Shown here: piece after piece, positions 37,137 to 49,767 of the stretch | Numbering within the stretch: position 1 is the first letter of the stretch | Layout of the letters: every line of letters starts with the position of its first letter | Source of the DNA: Eledone cirrhosa | Taxonomy: Eukaryota | Direction of reading: 5' to 3' | Assembly: GCA_964016885.1 (NCBI GenBank) | Contig: OZ024740.1 | Location: forward strand, 275,466,001-275,530,000 | Length of the DNA: 64,000 nucleotides | Made by a program: the position numbers and the translations under genes | The notes under the pieces: generated by a model | The model's input: only the letters and a program-made list of their open reading frames with translations | What the model was told of the DNA's origin: nothing | Databases searched by the model: none

Positions 37137-39289
37137 TTAAACATTCAGTTTAGAAGTATTTGTTGTAACTGAGTCACTATTATTGATGGGTTCTTACAAT
37201 CTCTCATTGTAGGATGTTTTTAATTAGCTATGGTATCTAAGATGCAGTTCCATGTCTGTAATTATTTTTCACTCTTTTGTACTCTACCCATAACATTCAT
37301 CCTTAATATAATATTAGGTTAGCATAATCTTTTAGTGAAGTTCATAGTACTGCAATAGCAACATACCTGGCTTCTTTAGGATTTAAAGATGAAAAACAAA
37401 GAATTTATAATCAAATGATTACTTTTTCTTTTTAATTTAATTTTTATTTTAGTCTCATGTCAGTCACATACTTCCTACAAAGAAACCACAATCTTCTTCC
37501 TCCCCCTTATCATCATTCTCTCCACCACCACCACCACCACTACCACATCTGCCCCCACCACTTTACATGGCCTCACATTATTGATATGTGGATTGGCAGT
37601 ATTAGTAGAGGGTCAGACGCTATGCTTTGCAGCATGGAGTTACGGTCCTTTATGGTCTGAGTTCAAATCCTGCCAAAGTTAACTTCACCTTTCATCCTTA
37701 CGGGGTCGATAAAAAAAAAGTACCAGTAATACACTGGGGTAATTGCTGGCCTTGTGCCATTAGTAGAAATTATTATTGTTATTGTTCTTATAAATGTAGG
37801 TAAGTGGTAGAAACTGACAGAGAAAGACTAAATGTTTAATCATTAGATTCTGTTATGACAATGTGTGGATTACAAATTTTGATAATGTTAAATTTGATTT
37901 TGATCCAATTTGTCTGCATTGAATTAAATAAATATTAAATAGCAATATAGTGATCATGGCTGTTTGATTAAAAGACTTGCTTTACTACTACATTGTTTTA
38001 TAATTTTGGATTCAATCTCATTGTACAGCTCCTTGGAAAAGTACCTTCTATCATAGGCTTAGGATGAGCGAACTTGTGAGTGAAATTTAGATGACCAAGT
38101 GTGTGCTGAAACCTATCATAGTCCTTAAGGGGTAGACTTAATATGCTATCCTTGTTTAAGATCAACACACGACCCTTGTGAGCTTTCAGTGAAGTCTACT
38201 TTGTTGCAAGTATTCATGCTCGATCTCCTGCCTGGCTTTAGCTTTCTACATCCTAAAAAAGGTTCTATATGGGTGCTGTCCTTCCTCCTATGACTAAACT
38301 ATTAAAAAAAATAAATACTAAACACATGCTGATTCTTATTCAATTTATTATACTCATACCAAGCATGCATGGCTCCATAATAGGGTCAGCAATCACCCTT
38401 AACTCTATTATTATAAACAATCATTATAACCACTATTAATTTTATTAGTTCAAATTTTGACTTTCATTACCACCACCACCACCATCACCACCACTACTAC
38501 TACTAATGCGATTATCATCATCATCATCATCATCATTATAGTTTCAACGGTTTTAAATGAGTTTCTACTACATTGCAAGGTACACCTCCTGGGTTCCTGG
38601 ATGTAGAATTATCTTTGTATATTACAGACCTGTCAACTCTCCCTGTCCGACAAGGAGATATCCTACCCATTTTGGGGTGGGTGAAAGATGCCTTCTCTTA
38701 TGAAAATGGGTATAGCTTTCAATAGGTAAAATCTCCCCATTTTGCTTAATTTCTCCCCGTTTTGAGGCATTTTTTTTTTCAGCATAATCCATTTGGGTTT
38801 CTAGAGGTAGGCAGGTCTTTGTACATAAGGGTTGCTTTGTTAGAGGCTGGGAGAGGGGTTATTTCATTGTTTCTGGTGTTATTTCATATGCTTATTGTGT
38901 AGAGTATGAGCAATGAGAGTTGTGTTACTTTCCTGGGTGACGTTTGTGTTTCATATGTCATATGATAGATGTTGTGTGTTTTAGTGCGGAAGGGTGATTC
39001 TGCAACATATGTGCAACATATATGCAGCATATGTGCAGCATATTTGCTGTCTGGATTGCATTATATTATTATGATCTGAGTTCAAATCCCGCCGAGGTTG
39101 ACTTTGCCTTTCATCCTTACGGGGTTGATAAAATAAAGTACCAGTAATGCACTGAGTAATTGCTGGCCTTGTGCCTAAAGTAGAAACAATTATATTATTG
39201 GATAGCAACTGTAGAAAATGTAAGTTGTTATATTTTATTAGCACACAATACAACCTCTATAATAACCACTGGAGTGTTCAGTTTGAGAT

Positions 39290-39510
39290 GTGCTATTGAA
39301 TTGAAAGTGATTTGTGTATGATGAAAACTGTGCTTAGTATTACTATGTTTTGGTGTGGGCCATGGTATGCCGTCTTTGTGTTTTTGTTCATAATATTTTA
39401 ATGCCCTAATTATTATTGGTACTGCTTTCACTTCCATGGCACACATTCTGCTTATTTGAATTTCAAGGGCTTTGGTAATCTGACAGTTTCTCCACCTTCT
39501 TCTGAGCAAT
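39290..39510 (-). mobile_element. Old R4/Dong-type 3' remnant
   Basis: LEIQISRMCAMEVKAVPIIIRAL resembles LKWEVKRIW..VKVIPIVIGAL. Confidence 0.6.
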
Positions 39511-39584
39511 GGTTTGGTTAGAAGGGGTTATTATTACTATTATTGTTACTATTATTATTATTGCTGTTGTTGTTGTTTTTGTTG

Positions 39585-41129
39585 TACACTAAAAGAATAC
39601 AAAGCGATGACAGGAGCAATGATCAACCAGGAAACGTCGGTGGGCCTGCAGCTCGGCACCTGGAGAGGCAGTCGGACACTGGACGCTGGTTAAATTGCTA
39701 GGGGTCTGGTTCGGTCCGGGCCTCCAGACGGACAAAAACTGGGATGAGGTGATGAGCAAGGTGGCTTCTCTCACCCAGAAATGGGTGGAGAGGAAGCTAT
39801 CCCTGAAAGGTCGAGCAGAGGTGGCTAACGCATACATCGCGTCCGCCATCTACTACCGCCTGACCATCGTGCCTTGTCCTAAGCCTCGCCTGACTGCGCT
39901 GGAGCGTTTGCTCTTTCGCTTTTTGTGGAAGGGACGCACTCCGATGGTCAGACGGTCCATCTGCTGTCAACACCCGCTATATGGAGGGCTGGGCATGCCG
40001 TGGCTGATGATGCGCAGACACGCGCTCAGGCGACGACATCTCCACCTCTTCCTCGACAGTGATCAGGTGTGGTCGCCGTTTGCTAAACGCATCTTTCCCC
40101 AGATCATCTCCTTGACGGAGCTGCAGTCCTGGGTCAAGCGAAGACTGAGAGGGAGCGCTTGGTGACTGGAATGTCTTCAGGCACTCACAGCCCTCGACCA
40201 ATCGGGTAATGTGATTGGTGGAAACTCCACCTTGGCGTTCTATAGGGATTTAGTGGAGGGGAAGAGCGACGACGAAACTCTAGGCGTCGACGAAAATCAA
40301 GTAACCAATCTCTTTGGAAGAACTTTCGGGCTGGGGCCTATGGAAAACTTCCAGAAATCCCTGGCCTGGCAGTGCTACTGATGAGCTTTGCCAGTTTGGG
40401 ATAAACTCTACAAGCATGGAGGTGCCATCAGCCGGGCATGTCCGAGATGCGCGCAGGGCGACGAAACCGTCCTGCATGCACTCGTCCAGTGTCCGAGCAT
40501 TGCTGACTTGTGGGTTTATGTCGAACACCTGCAGTCGCGTGTAGAATGGATCCGACTATCAGCTGAGTCCATCGTGAGGATTGTCCCGCCCTCTTCCTTT
40601 AGCTGGGAAGGGCAGGCAGTTTTTATCTGTCTGGTGGCCATGGCGAAAGAGATAGTATAGTGGACGTGTCTGAAAGGGCTGAAGACGAGCACTTACCTCT
40701 TCGGTGATGCCCTGATTAACTTTTTCCAATCTCATTTGAAAAGGAAAATCAGTGTAGAGAGGGAGGTGCTCTCTTCCCAGCTTTTTGTTGAAAAATGGGT
40801 GAGAGAGGCAAGAATGGCCCGAGTGAATGGACCTACTCTGAGTATATGCCTGTAAATTGAAGGAGGAAAACTGGGAGAGGACATTTGCCCTCGTTGTCAG
40901 GGTCACCGTGGGTTTTTTTAATGGGCTTTATCCACGATGGCTCTCGGAAGTCTTCCCCCTATTGGGGATTTTTCATTGTTCTTTTATTACATACTCTGTT
41001 TTTTTTGTTTTTTTTACACGCAGAAATGCCCATTTGTACCGTCCTGTATTGTCCTGTACTGTCCTTAATGTCTACTTTGTGTATACCCTTGTGGTTAATA
41101 AAGAAAGCATTATTATTATTATTATTATT
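39585..41129 (+). mobile_element. Tx1/L1-type LINE, 5'-truncated, frameshifted
   Basis: KLLGVWFG, LSLKGR, FRFLWKG, GGLGMP, CPRCAQGDETVLHALVQC knuckle; AATAAA then (ATT)n tail. Confidence 0.92.
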
Positions 41130-42601
41130 GTTAAATTGCTCGGGGTCTGGTTCGGACCGGACCTCCAGATGGTGAAAAACTGGAATGAGGTGACGAGCAA
41201 GGTGGCCTCCCTCACCCATAAATGGGCTGAGAGGAAGCTCTCCCTGAAAGGCCGGGCGGAGGTGGCGAATGCGTACATTGCATCCGTCATCTGCTACCGC
41301 CTCACCGTTGTCCGTTGCCCCGGCCCAACTCTCACCAAAATGGAGCGCCTCCTCTTCCGCTTTTTGTGGAAGGGACGTGCTCCATGGTCAGATGATCCAT
41401 CTGCTGTCAACACCCGTTGCGTGGAGGACTGGGCATGCCATGGCTGATGATGCGCAAACAGGCGCTGAGGCTGCGACATCTCTGGTGCTTCCTTGATGGT
41501 GAACAGGTGTGGTCGCCATTCGCCAGGCACGTTTTCCCACAGCTCGTCTCCTTGATGGAGCTGCAGTCCTGGGTCAGAAAAAGACCAAGAGATAGCGCTT
41601 GCAAACTGGAATGTCTCCAGGCGCTCACTGCCTTCTGCCAGCTGGGCACCAGTATCGGTGGAACATCCACCTCGGCTTTCTATAGAGGACTAGTGGAGGG
41701 GAAGAGCGACTAAGTTCTCGGAAAGATCCTGGGCGTCGAAGAATATCAGCTGTTTGCTCTCTTCCAGAGAACTTTCAGCCCAGGGCCTATGGATAACTTC
41801 CAAAAATCCCTGGCCTGGCAGTGCTACCGGAGAGCGCTGGCGGTTCGAGATAAGCTCTACAGGCACGGAAGTGCCGTCAGCCGAGCCTGTCCGAGATGCG
41901 CGCAGAGCCACAAAACCGTCGTGCATGCACTCGTTCAGTGCCCAAGCATTGCTGACTTGTGGAGCTATGTCGAATAGTTGCTGTCGCGTGTAGGAGTCTA
42001 TTGTGCAGATGGTCTCGCCGTCTTCCTTCGAGGAGGAAGGGCAGGCGGTTTTCATCTGCCTGGTGGCCATGGTGAAAGAGATTGTGTGGTGGACAAGGTT
42101 GAAAGGGTTAAAGACAGACACTTTCCTCTTCGGCGAATCCCTAATTAACTTTTTCAAGTTTCACTTGAAGAGGAAAATCAGGGTGGAGAGGCAAGTGCTA
42201 CCTTCTAGCAAGTTTGTTGAAAGGTGGGTGAATGTAGCGAGAATGGTCCGAGTGAACGGGACCACTCTGAATATATGTCTGTAGATGGAGAGATGGAAAA
42301 ATTGAGAGAGCGCGCTTGCCCTGGTGGTCAGGGTGGCCGTGGTCTTTTGTGTGGTTTTCGCCACGAGTAACCCTCGGAGGTTTCCCCCCTATTGGGGAAC
42401 TTTTCTTTGTTTCAATTTTCATTTTTATTGTTTATATATATATATGTTTCTATGTCTTTTTTTTCTTTTCTTATATAAATAATAAAAATATTTACACGCA
42501 CAAAACCCACATTGTACCGTCCTGTACCGTCCTGTGCCGTCTGTAATGTTTTTCTTGATGTCAGCCCTTGTGGCCAATAAAGGAATCATTATTATTATTA
42601 T

Positions 42602-42602
<1 letters not shown>
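41130..42602 (+). mobile_element. Second Tx1/L1-type copy starting in the ATT tail of the first
   Basis: Same motifs, clearly diverged from copy 1; ends GCCCTTGTGGCCAATAAAGGAATCATTATT. Confidence 0.92.
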
Positions 42603-42675
<73 letters not shown>

Positions 42676-42702
42676 TCTGCTGTAGTAGTAGTAGTGGTGG
42701 TG

Positions 42703-42750
<48 letters not shown>
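42602..42750. repeat. (TAG)n/(TGG)n microsatellite continuing the LINE tail
   Basis: Direct reading. Confidence 0.95.
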
Positions 42751-43216
42751 TTTTCCCCCTTAGTCATCTCTCAACGACTGGTAACAATTCATTATTTCAA
42801 CCATAGCAACACATTCAGTATGTTAGTCACTGAACAAAATGTAAGTCAATCCTATATTTATCCATAAGCCATCAGGTTTACTTCCAAATTGCTTTATAAT
42901 TTAACATTCTATCAAGTCAAAACACCAACAAGAAAAGAAATATACATATATGCTAATAAAATAATCTCTGCAAAGACAATAACAAAACAAAACAGAGTAT
43001 ATAAATTATAAAAAAATCACTCAAAATGACCAACAGCTTCACAAGTTATTATGTCCATCATTTTTTGAGGATTTATGCTAAAAAGATTGTGGGTAGTTTG
43101 ACAAACATGTAGATCTCAATATATCTTTTCATCATATTTTTGGTGGTAGTTTTATGGCAATTTACATTAATTCACTAGTACATTACAGTACTCGTTTACT
43201 GAATTTTACCATTGTA

Positions 43217-44185
43217 TTATTATTTATCCATACAAGGAGTCGGTAGAGCTTTGTGACATATAGTTTCATTCCTTTATGTTCTTAGTTCAAATCCAGTCGA
43301 GGTTGTCCTTGCCTTTCATCCATACGGTGTTGATAAATAAAGCACTAATAATGTACTGATGTCGATTTAATTGACTTTCCTCTCCCTTTCTGGCCTTGTG
43401 ACTATAGCAGAAACAATTATTTTGCCTTTCATCCTTACGGGGTCGATAAAATAAAGTACCAGTAATGAACTGGGAAATTGCTGGCCTTGTGCCTAAAGTA
43501 GAAACAATTATTTATACATATAAGGAGGTTGGACTGGGTGAGTTGGAAGAGCTTTGTGGCAAAAAGTTATAGCCCTTTATGTTCTGAGTTCAAATCCAGC
43601 TGAGGTTAGCTTTGACTTTCATCCTTTCGGGGTTGATAAAATAAAGTACCAGTAATGCCCAAGGATTGATTTAATCAAGTTTCCCCTACCCCAAAATTGT
43701 TGGCCTTGTGCTTAAATCAGAAAACATTATTTTTTATTCATACAAGGGCGTTGGATTGGCAGAGTCGATAAAGTATCAGGCACCATGCTTTGTGGCATAG
43801 AGTTACAGCCCTTTACATTCTGAGTTCAAATCCAACCAAGGTTAGTTTTGCCTTTAATCCTTATGGGATTGATAAAATAAAGTACCAGTAATACACTGAG
43901 GCTGATTTAATTGACTTTCCTTCCCCAAAAAGTGTTTGCCTTGTGCCTAACTCAGAAACAATTATTATTTATACATATAAGGGCAGTAGATTAGCAGAAT
44001 CATTAGAGTGTCAGACAAATTCCTTTGCAGCATTTAGTTATGGCCCTTTATATTCTGAGTTCAAATTACGTTTCATTAATAAAAAAAAAAGTACCAGGTA
44101 ATTATTGGGGTCAATTTAATCAACTTGTCTCCCCCATAAATTGCTGCTCTTGTGCCTAAATTAGAAATAATTATTTATACACATA
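43217..44185 (+). mobile_element. Array of four long-form SINE A copies and one truncated short-form copy
   Basis: Copies at about 43235, 43421, 43523, 43745, 43980 with a recurring spacer. Confidence 0.88.
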
Positions 44186-44765
44186 TGCATACATATGTAT
44201 TTGAGTGTGTGTGTTTATGTGCATTCATTTTTCTCTCTATATAGATATGTAAACATGTACATTATCATCATCATTATCATCATCCTTTAACCAGGAAAAA
44301 TAGATATAAACACGTATAAATAATATCAACATTAATACATATGCATTTCATTTTGAGTTCCAAAATCGTTACCAAAACTACCTAACAGTTCATCTTGTTT
44401 ACACTCATTATTTTATTGGTAGAGAGTCGGACGCCATGCTTTGACGCATAGAGTTACAGCCCTTGCTATTCTGAGTTCAAATCCCGCCGAGGTTGACTTT
44501 GCCTTTCATCCTTACTGGGTCGATAAAATAAAGTACCAGTAATACACTGGGTAACTGCTGGCCTTGTGCCTAACGTAGAAACAATTATTTTCAGGGGCTT
44601 TTTCTACGGACTACCTTTTATTTTCTGTATCTATCCTTAGTGACCCTGTCTCTATTTTTTGTACTCCTGAAGAAGGACTAAAGCCCGACATGCCAAACTT
44701 TCTTTACCCTTTTCCATATAAAGCATGAAACTAATAAGACTTTTTGTGTTCTGTCGTTTCCTTGA

Positions 44766-44817
<52 letters not shown>

Positions 44818-45408
44818 TTATATATAGGTCAAGGAAATGACAAAACAGAGGGACAAAAAGTCTTATTAGTTTCATGCTTTATATATATATATATATACAT
44901 ATACACACACATATATATGCACACATAAATTCTGCTCTACAAAACTCTGTGAGTGCATATCATGTAATTTGGTGTTCTACAGGAAAACGACACCACCCTA
45001 CTATATACTATATTGTTTACAATACAAAACATACACACATACAATACCAGAGACAGGCTGAGAGTAAGAATAAGAGTAGTTATCACTTTTAAATACAAGC
45101 ATACAAACATGCAAAAGCACTATCACATACTCATTACAACTGTCTAGTCTCTCCCATCTTCACAATTACAGAACCCTTGTAATAATCTCTTAAGGCTTGC
45201 TATTAGTTAAAAAACAGAATTTAACTACACGGAGAATGGGTGGAGTGACGTTCACAAGAAGAAGCGCTGTTTCTTTTATTTTTTTTACTAATTTTTATTT
45301 TTTATAGTGCAGTTCATTCTACCAAGAATTACTTATGGTAGATAACAGAACTGAAGCAGCAGCTTTCAGATTCCTTTTATGTTGATAACACTATCAGCAC
45401 TCATCAAA

Positions 45409-45449
<41 letters not shown>

Positions 45450-45453
<4 letters not shown>

Positions 45454-46076
45454 CACCTAGCCCAGACCCACTATAAGGGCTGGAGACACGATGTGATGGG
45501 CAGGGTGATCCACTGGCACCTGTGCAAAGTAAACAATCTACCACATTCTGAGAAATGGTATGAGCATAGGCCAGAGGCGGTGATGGAGAACAATCAGGTG
45601 AAGGTGCTGTGGGATTTTAGGATACAGACGGACAAAAAACTGGAACACAATAGACCTGACCTGGTGGTTGTGGACAAAGAAAAAAGATCGTGCCTGATTG
45701 TGGATGTGGCCTGCCCGTTCGACACGAGAGTGCAAGAGAAGGAGAGGGAGAAAATTAACCGATACCAGGACCTAAAGTGGGAGGTGAAAAGGATTTGGAA
45801 CTGCCATGAAGTCAAAGTGATCCCGATTGTCATAGGCGCACTGGGGACTATCTCCAAAGGTTTCCAGGGATGGTTAAAGAAAATCGGCCCCTTCACGCTT
45901 TTTGGAACGCTTCAAAAGGCATGCTTGCTTGGAACGGCAAGAACCCTCCGATACGTCCTGAATATCTGAGGCTGCAGGTAGTGGCTTGATATTCAATCCA
46001 ACGGACTTTCCAGTTAACCAACATCAATGACTGAGATTCAAGGAATAACAATAACAATAATAATAATAACAATAAC
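45450..46076 (+). mobile_element. 5'-truncated young copy of the R4/Dong LINE inserted in (AAT)n
   Basis: Matches 938-1555 with one difference seen (G1081 vs A45593); (AAT)n at 45409-45450. Confidence 0.96.
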
Positions 46077-46256
46077 ATTTAATAAATAAATAAATTCCTA
46101 CCACAAATTTTTTTTTTTTTTACCCCTTTTGCAATGCCTGCCATGATTTTAGCATCCATACTCAGTATCATCACCACTAGAATCTCTACACTGGGGACCA
46201 GGATCTGGCATATCATATCATATATATATATATATATCTATGTATGTATGTATATG

Positions 46257-46289
<33 letters not shown>

Positions 46290-47023
46290 ATGTATATATA
46301 TATGTATATATATGTGTGTATGTACATTATTATATATGTACTTGTTTTTTTAATAGAGATGTTTTTTTTTTTATAAGATAAGGGGGAGTCATAAGGAGAT
46401 GGGGGAAGAACCTTCCAAGATTCTCTGTGACTGCTAAGAGTCATCTAGATATTGTTCACCTTGAATATCTACAACTCAATATTTGAATGTGGTTAATGTG
46501 GGAATTCCAGAGAGCTTGCTCTTGTATGAAGGAAGGTGGGTGCAAAGGATTTGTTGCAGAATATCTGGAAGATGGGATGCAAGTATATAGCATGATGTAG
46601 AGAGGGGAAATGGGTGTGGCAAATAGGCTTTGTGGGTGAAGGCGTAAATGTTGTTAGTTTGAAGAAGGAGAAACAGATAAAAAGGGAAAGAAAGAGAGGA
46701 AGATGAAAGAGAAAGAGTGACAGAGAGTGAGATAGGGAGAAAAAGAGAAAGACTGACAGAGAGTGACATAGAGAGAGAAAGAGAAAGACAGAGAGAGAGA
46801 GAAAGAGAGAGAAACAGAGAGAAAGAGAGAGAAAGAAAAAGAAAATTTTAACCAACACCATATATCGACAGATTTAAACAACTTGTCTTTATATACAATA
46901 TTTTCATGCATAGAAAAAAGAGATAAGTAGTAAATTCACCAGTGTCATCATGTGACTTTTCTCAAAAAAAAAAGACGGTCGAACTTTTGTTAGGTAAATT
47001 CAAGGTGTGAACAAAAATTTGTT

Positions 47024-47171
47024 CACTGCCTCAAAAAAGTTTTGATATAGCTTTACAAACAATCAATTAAATAATTAGTTATATGAACTAAAAGAAAATT
47101 AATAATAATGGGTATAAATCTAAGTTGTAGCTGCAATATAATGGATACCAATCGAATTATTTGAGGCAGTG
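47024..47171. mobile_element. Small MITE-like element
   Basis: TIR-like CACTGCCTCAAAAAAGTTTGAT / ATCGAATTATTTGAGGCAGTG. Confidence 0.5.
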
Positions 47172-47428
47172 ACAAAGCACTCAATGATGTGAAAAGTTAA
47201 TATGCTTTTACCCAGATTAAACACAAGAAGTTAATCAAGTGTGACACCAAAAATAAATCAACCAAAAAAATATTCGCTAGGTTTCTGGGATTCCTGGAAG
47301 ATACATTATATGAATATATATATATATATCTTCATCATCATCCCTATTTTTCCTAGCATGGGTTAGACGAGTTGTCTTGTTGTGAGAAATGGTAGGTCAG
47401 GTAACCATGCCTTGCTCATATAGAACTG

Positions 47429-47463
<35 letters not shown>

Positions 47464-47732
47464 TCATCATCATTTTACGTCCGCTTTTCCCTGCTTGCAA
47501 TGGTGGGACAGGCCCTATTATATATATATATATATATGCATGTCTATATATAAGTACACATACACCTTCTCTACTGATCCAAATTACCTATATATTTACT
47601 ATCTATCTATAAATCTATGTCTATATATGAAAATATACACCTCATGAATTATTATGTAATGTTCATGTCATATATACACATATATACATTTATACACACA
47701 CACACACACATTTATATATATATATATATATA

Positions 47733-47770
<38 letters not shown>

Positions 47771-48115
47771 TTGTATGTATGAATGCATATAGCTGGATTG
47801 ACTCTGTATACATCTATAGGCATAGATACATTCATCCATGCATGCATGAATGTATAGCCATATCTAGATCTAGGGATTTAAGTGTTATGCATAGAAGCTT
47901 TCCAATACATACAAACAGACACAAATACATAAATCTAGAAAAATATATATCTATATAAGTAGCTATGTAAATTAAAGTGTGTGATCATATACATACATTT
48001 ACATATATTTATATATGCATATGTGTAAGTAAAATAATTATACACTGATACATACAAACTTCTATTTACAGAAATACGTATACACATATAATATGTATGT
48101 ATATATATATATATA

Positions 48116-48575
48116 TCATCATCATCATCATCATCATCATTTTACGTCTGCTTTTCCCTGCTTGCAAGGGTTCGACGGGTCCTATTCAGCACAGCATCTC
48201 TCCACTTGTTATGGTCCTTCGTCATCTTCTCGGTGAGTTTCAGTGATCTGGGGTCTGCACTCACCACCTCCACCCATGTTTTACGTGGTCTACTTCTACT
48301 GCGTTTTCCTTCTACTGGTATTTCTTGGCATTTCTTTACCCAGTGGTCATCCTCCATGTGCATCACATGTCCATACCATCTCAGCCTTTTCTCCTGCACA
48401 CCACAACTTATCCCTCTTATACACAGTTTCTTTCTCAATTCGTCTATACTTGGTCATTCATGCACATTGACATTGAACATCCAACGGAGCATACTTGCTT
48501 CATTTCTCTCCAGCCGTCGCATATCTTCTGCAGTTGCTGCCCATGTCTCACTACCATGCAGCATCGCGCATCTCA
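48116..48575 (-). mobile_element. RTE-clade LINE 3' end with GAT tail
   Basis: EKRLRWYGHVMHM..GKRSRSRPRKTW; ends AAAGCAGACGTAAAATGATGATG like family D. Confidence 0.88.
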
Positions 48576-49731
48576 CAAAAAAAGAGTGTGGTAAGATACC
48601 AGGTGGACCATAATGCAACAGAGTACTCGATACTTGGGGGAGTAGAGTGGGTAATATGAAAAGATTTAGGACCCTGACGGCTAAGCCCCGGCCGTTTTGA
48701 CAGCTAGATTGGATCTAGCTGTCAAAACTGCCATAGCTCAGCTGTCAGGTTCCTATATATATCTATATATCTATCTTTATATATATGCATAAATATAGTT
48801 CAAAGAAACAATGATACAGATATATAAAAAGTCTTGTTAGTTTCATGCTTTAGGAAAGGAGTATTCAATGCCAAAGTAGAGTTTTACTATTCATTTTGTT
48901 AAGGCTGAATAGTGAGGCTTGTTACTCTGAAATTTCATCTGTTTACACAATGACCCTGTGTGTGTCTGTGTTTGTGTGTGTATGTGTGTGTGTGTGTGTA
49001 GGTGTAGGTGTGTATGTTTGTGTGTGTGTATTGATATATTTGTATATATGTAGAGATATCAATACATAGATAGGTAGATAGATAGATGTAATATGTTTAT
49101 GTATGTGAATGTGTTTGTGAATGCTTGTTACTATGCTATCATAACTCATGCATCTCTTCATCAGCTTATGTGCCACACTTGAGCCATAAATAAACAAGCA
49201 TACAAATACATGTATATTGATACTGATGCACCTATATATATATATATACATGCAAATACACATTTAAGTATGTATAAGACAGTAAGCCCTATGGACGCTA
49301 ATAAATCCAATTATTCTATGGTGTAACTTCAAAGAATTTGCTTCAATGTAGCTTTAAACAAAGTTATTTAACTCACAGAGAAGAAATTCAAAGTTTTGAC
49401 CAAAGAAAAGACAATGAACCCATTGTCTCTATAAATGTTTTGCCTTCCAATTTCTAGATTCCATATTGTCATCAGTAGGGCTTACTTATCTTCTACAATT
49501 AAACTTCAGTATGCAGGAATACAGGAATATATATTTTTGTGCTTATTTGTGTGTATTATTTTTAATGTTGTTATCATTATTATCATTATTATCCATTACA
49601 CACACACATACATATATACATATATACATATAATATATATATATACATATATATATGTATGTATCTATGTATATTATATATATATATATAATATACATAG
49701 ATACATATATATATATATATATGTATCTATG

Positions 49732-49767
<36 letters not shown>

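Noticed and set aside
17104-42840. Plus-strand exon candidates (17104-17133, 17443 onward, about 21980, 36461-36489, 42764-42840)
   Set aside because: Splice-like ends, but they do not chain into a coherent frame; expected by chance in AT-rich DNA
45379-45969. Poly-Asn plus endonuclease fusion ORF
   Set aside because: Chance in-frame join of the (AAT)n target with a truncated LINE
46124-49470. Further upstream minus-strand exon candidates (46124-46204; donor near 49375)
   Set aside because: Phase-compatible with exon A but acceptors are weak and there is no independent support
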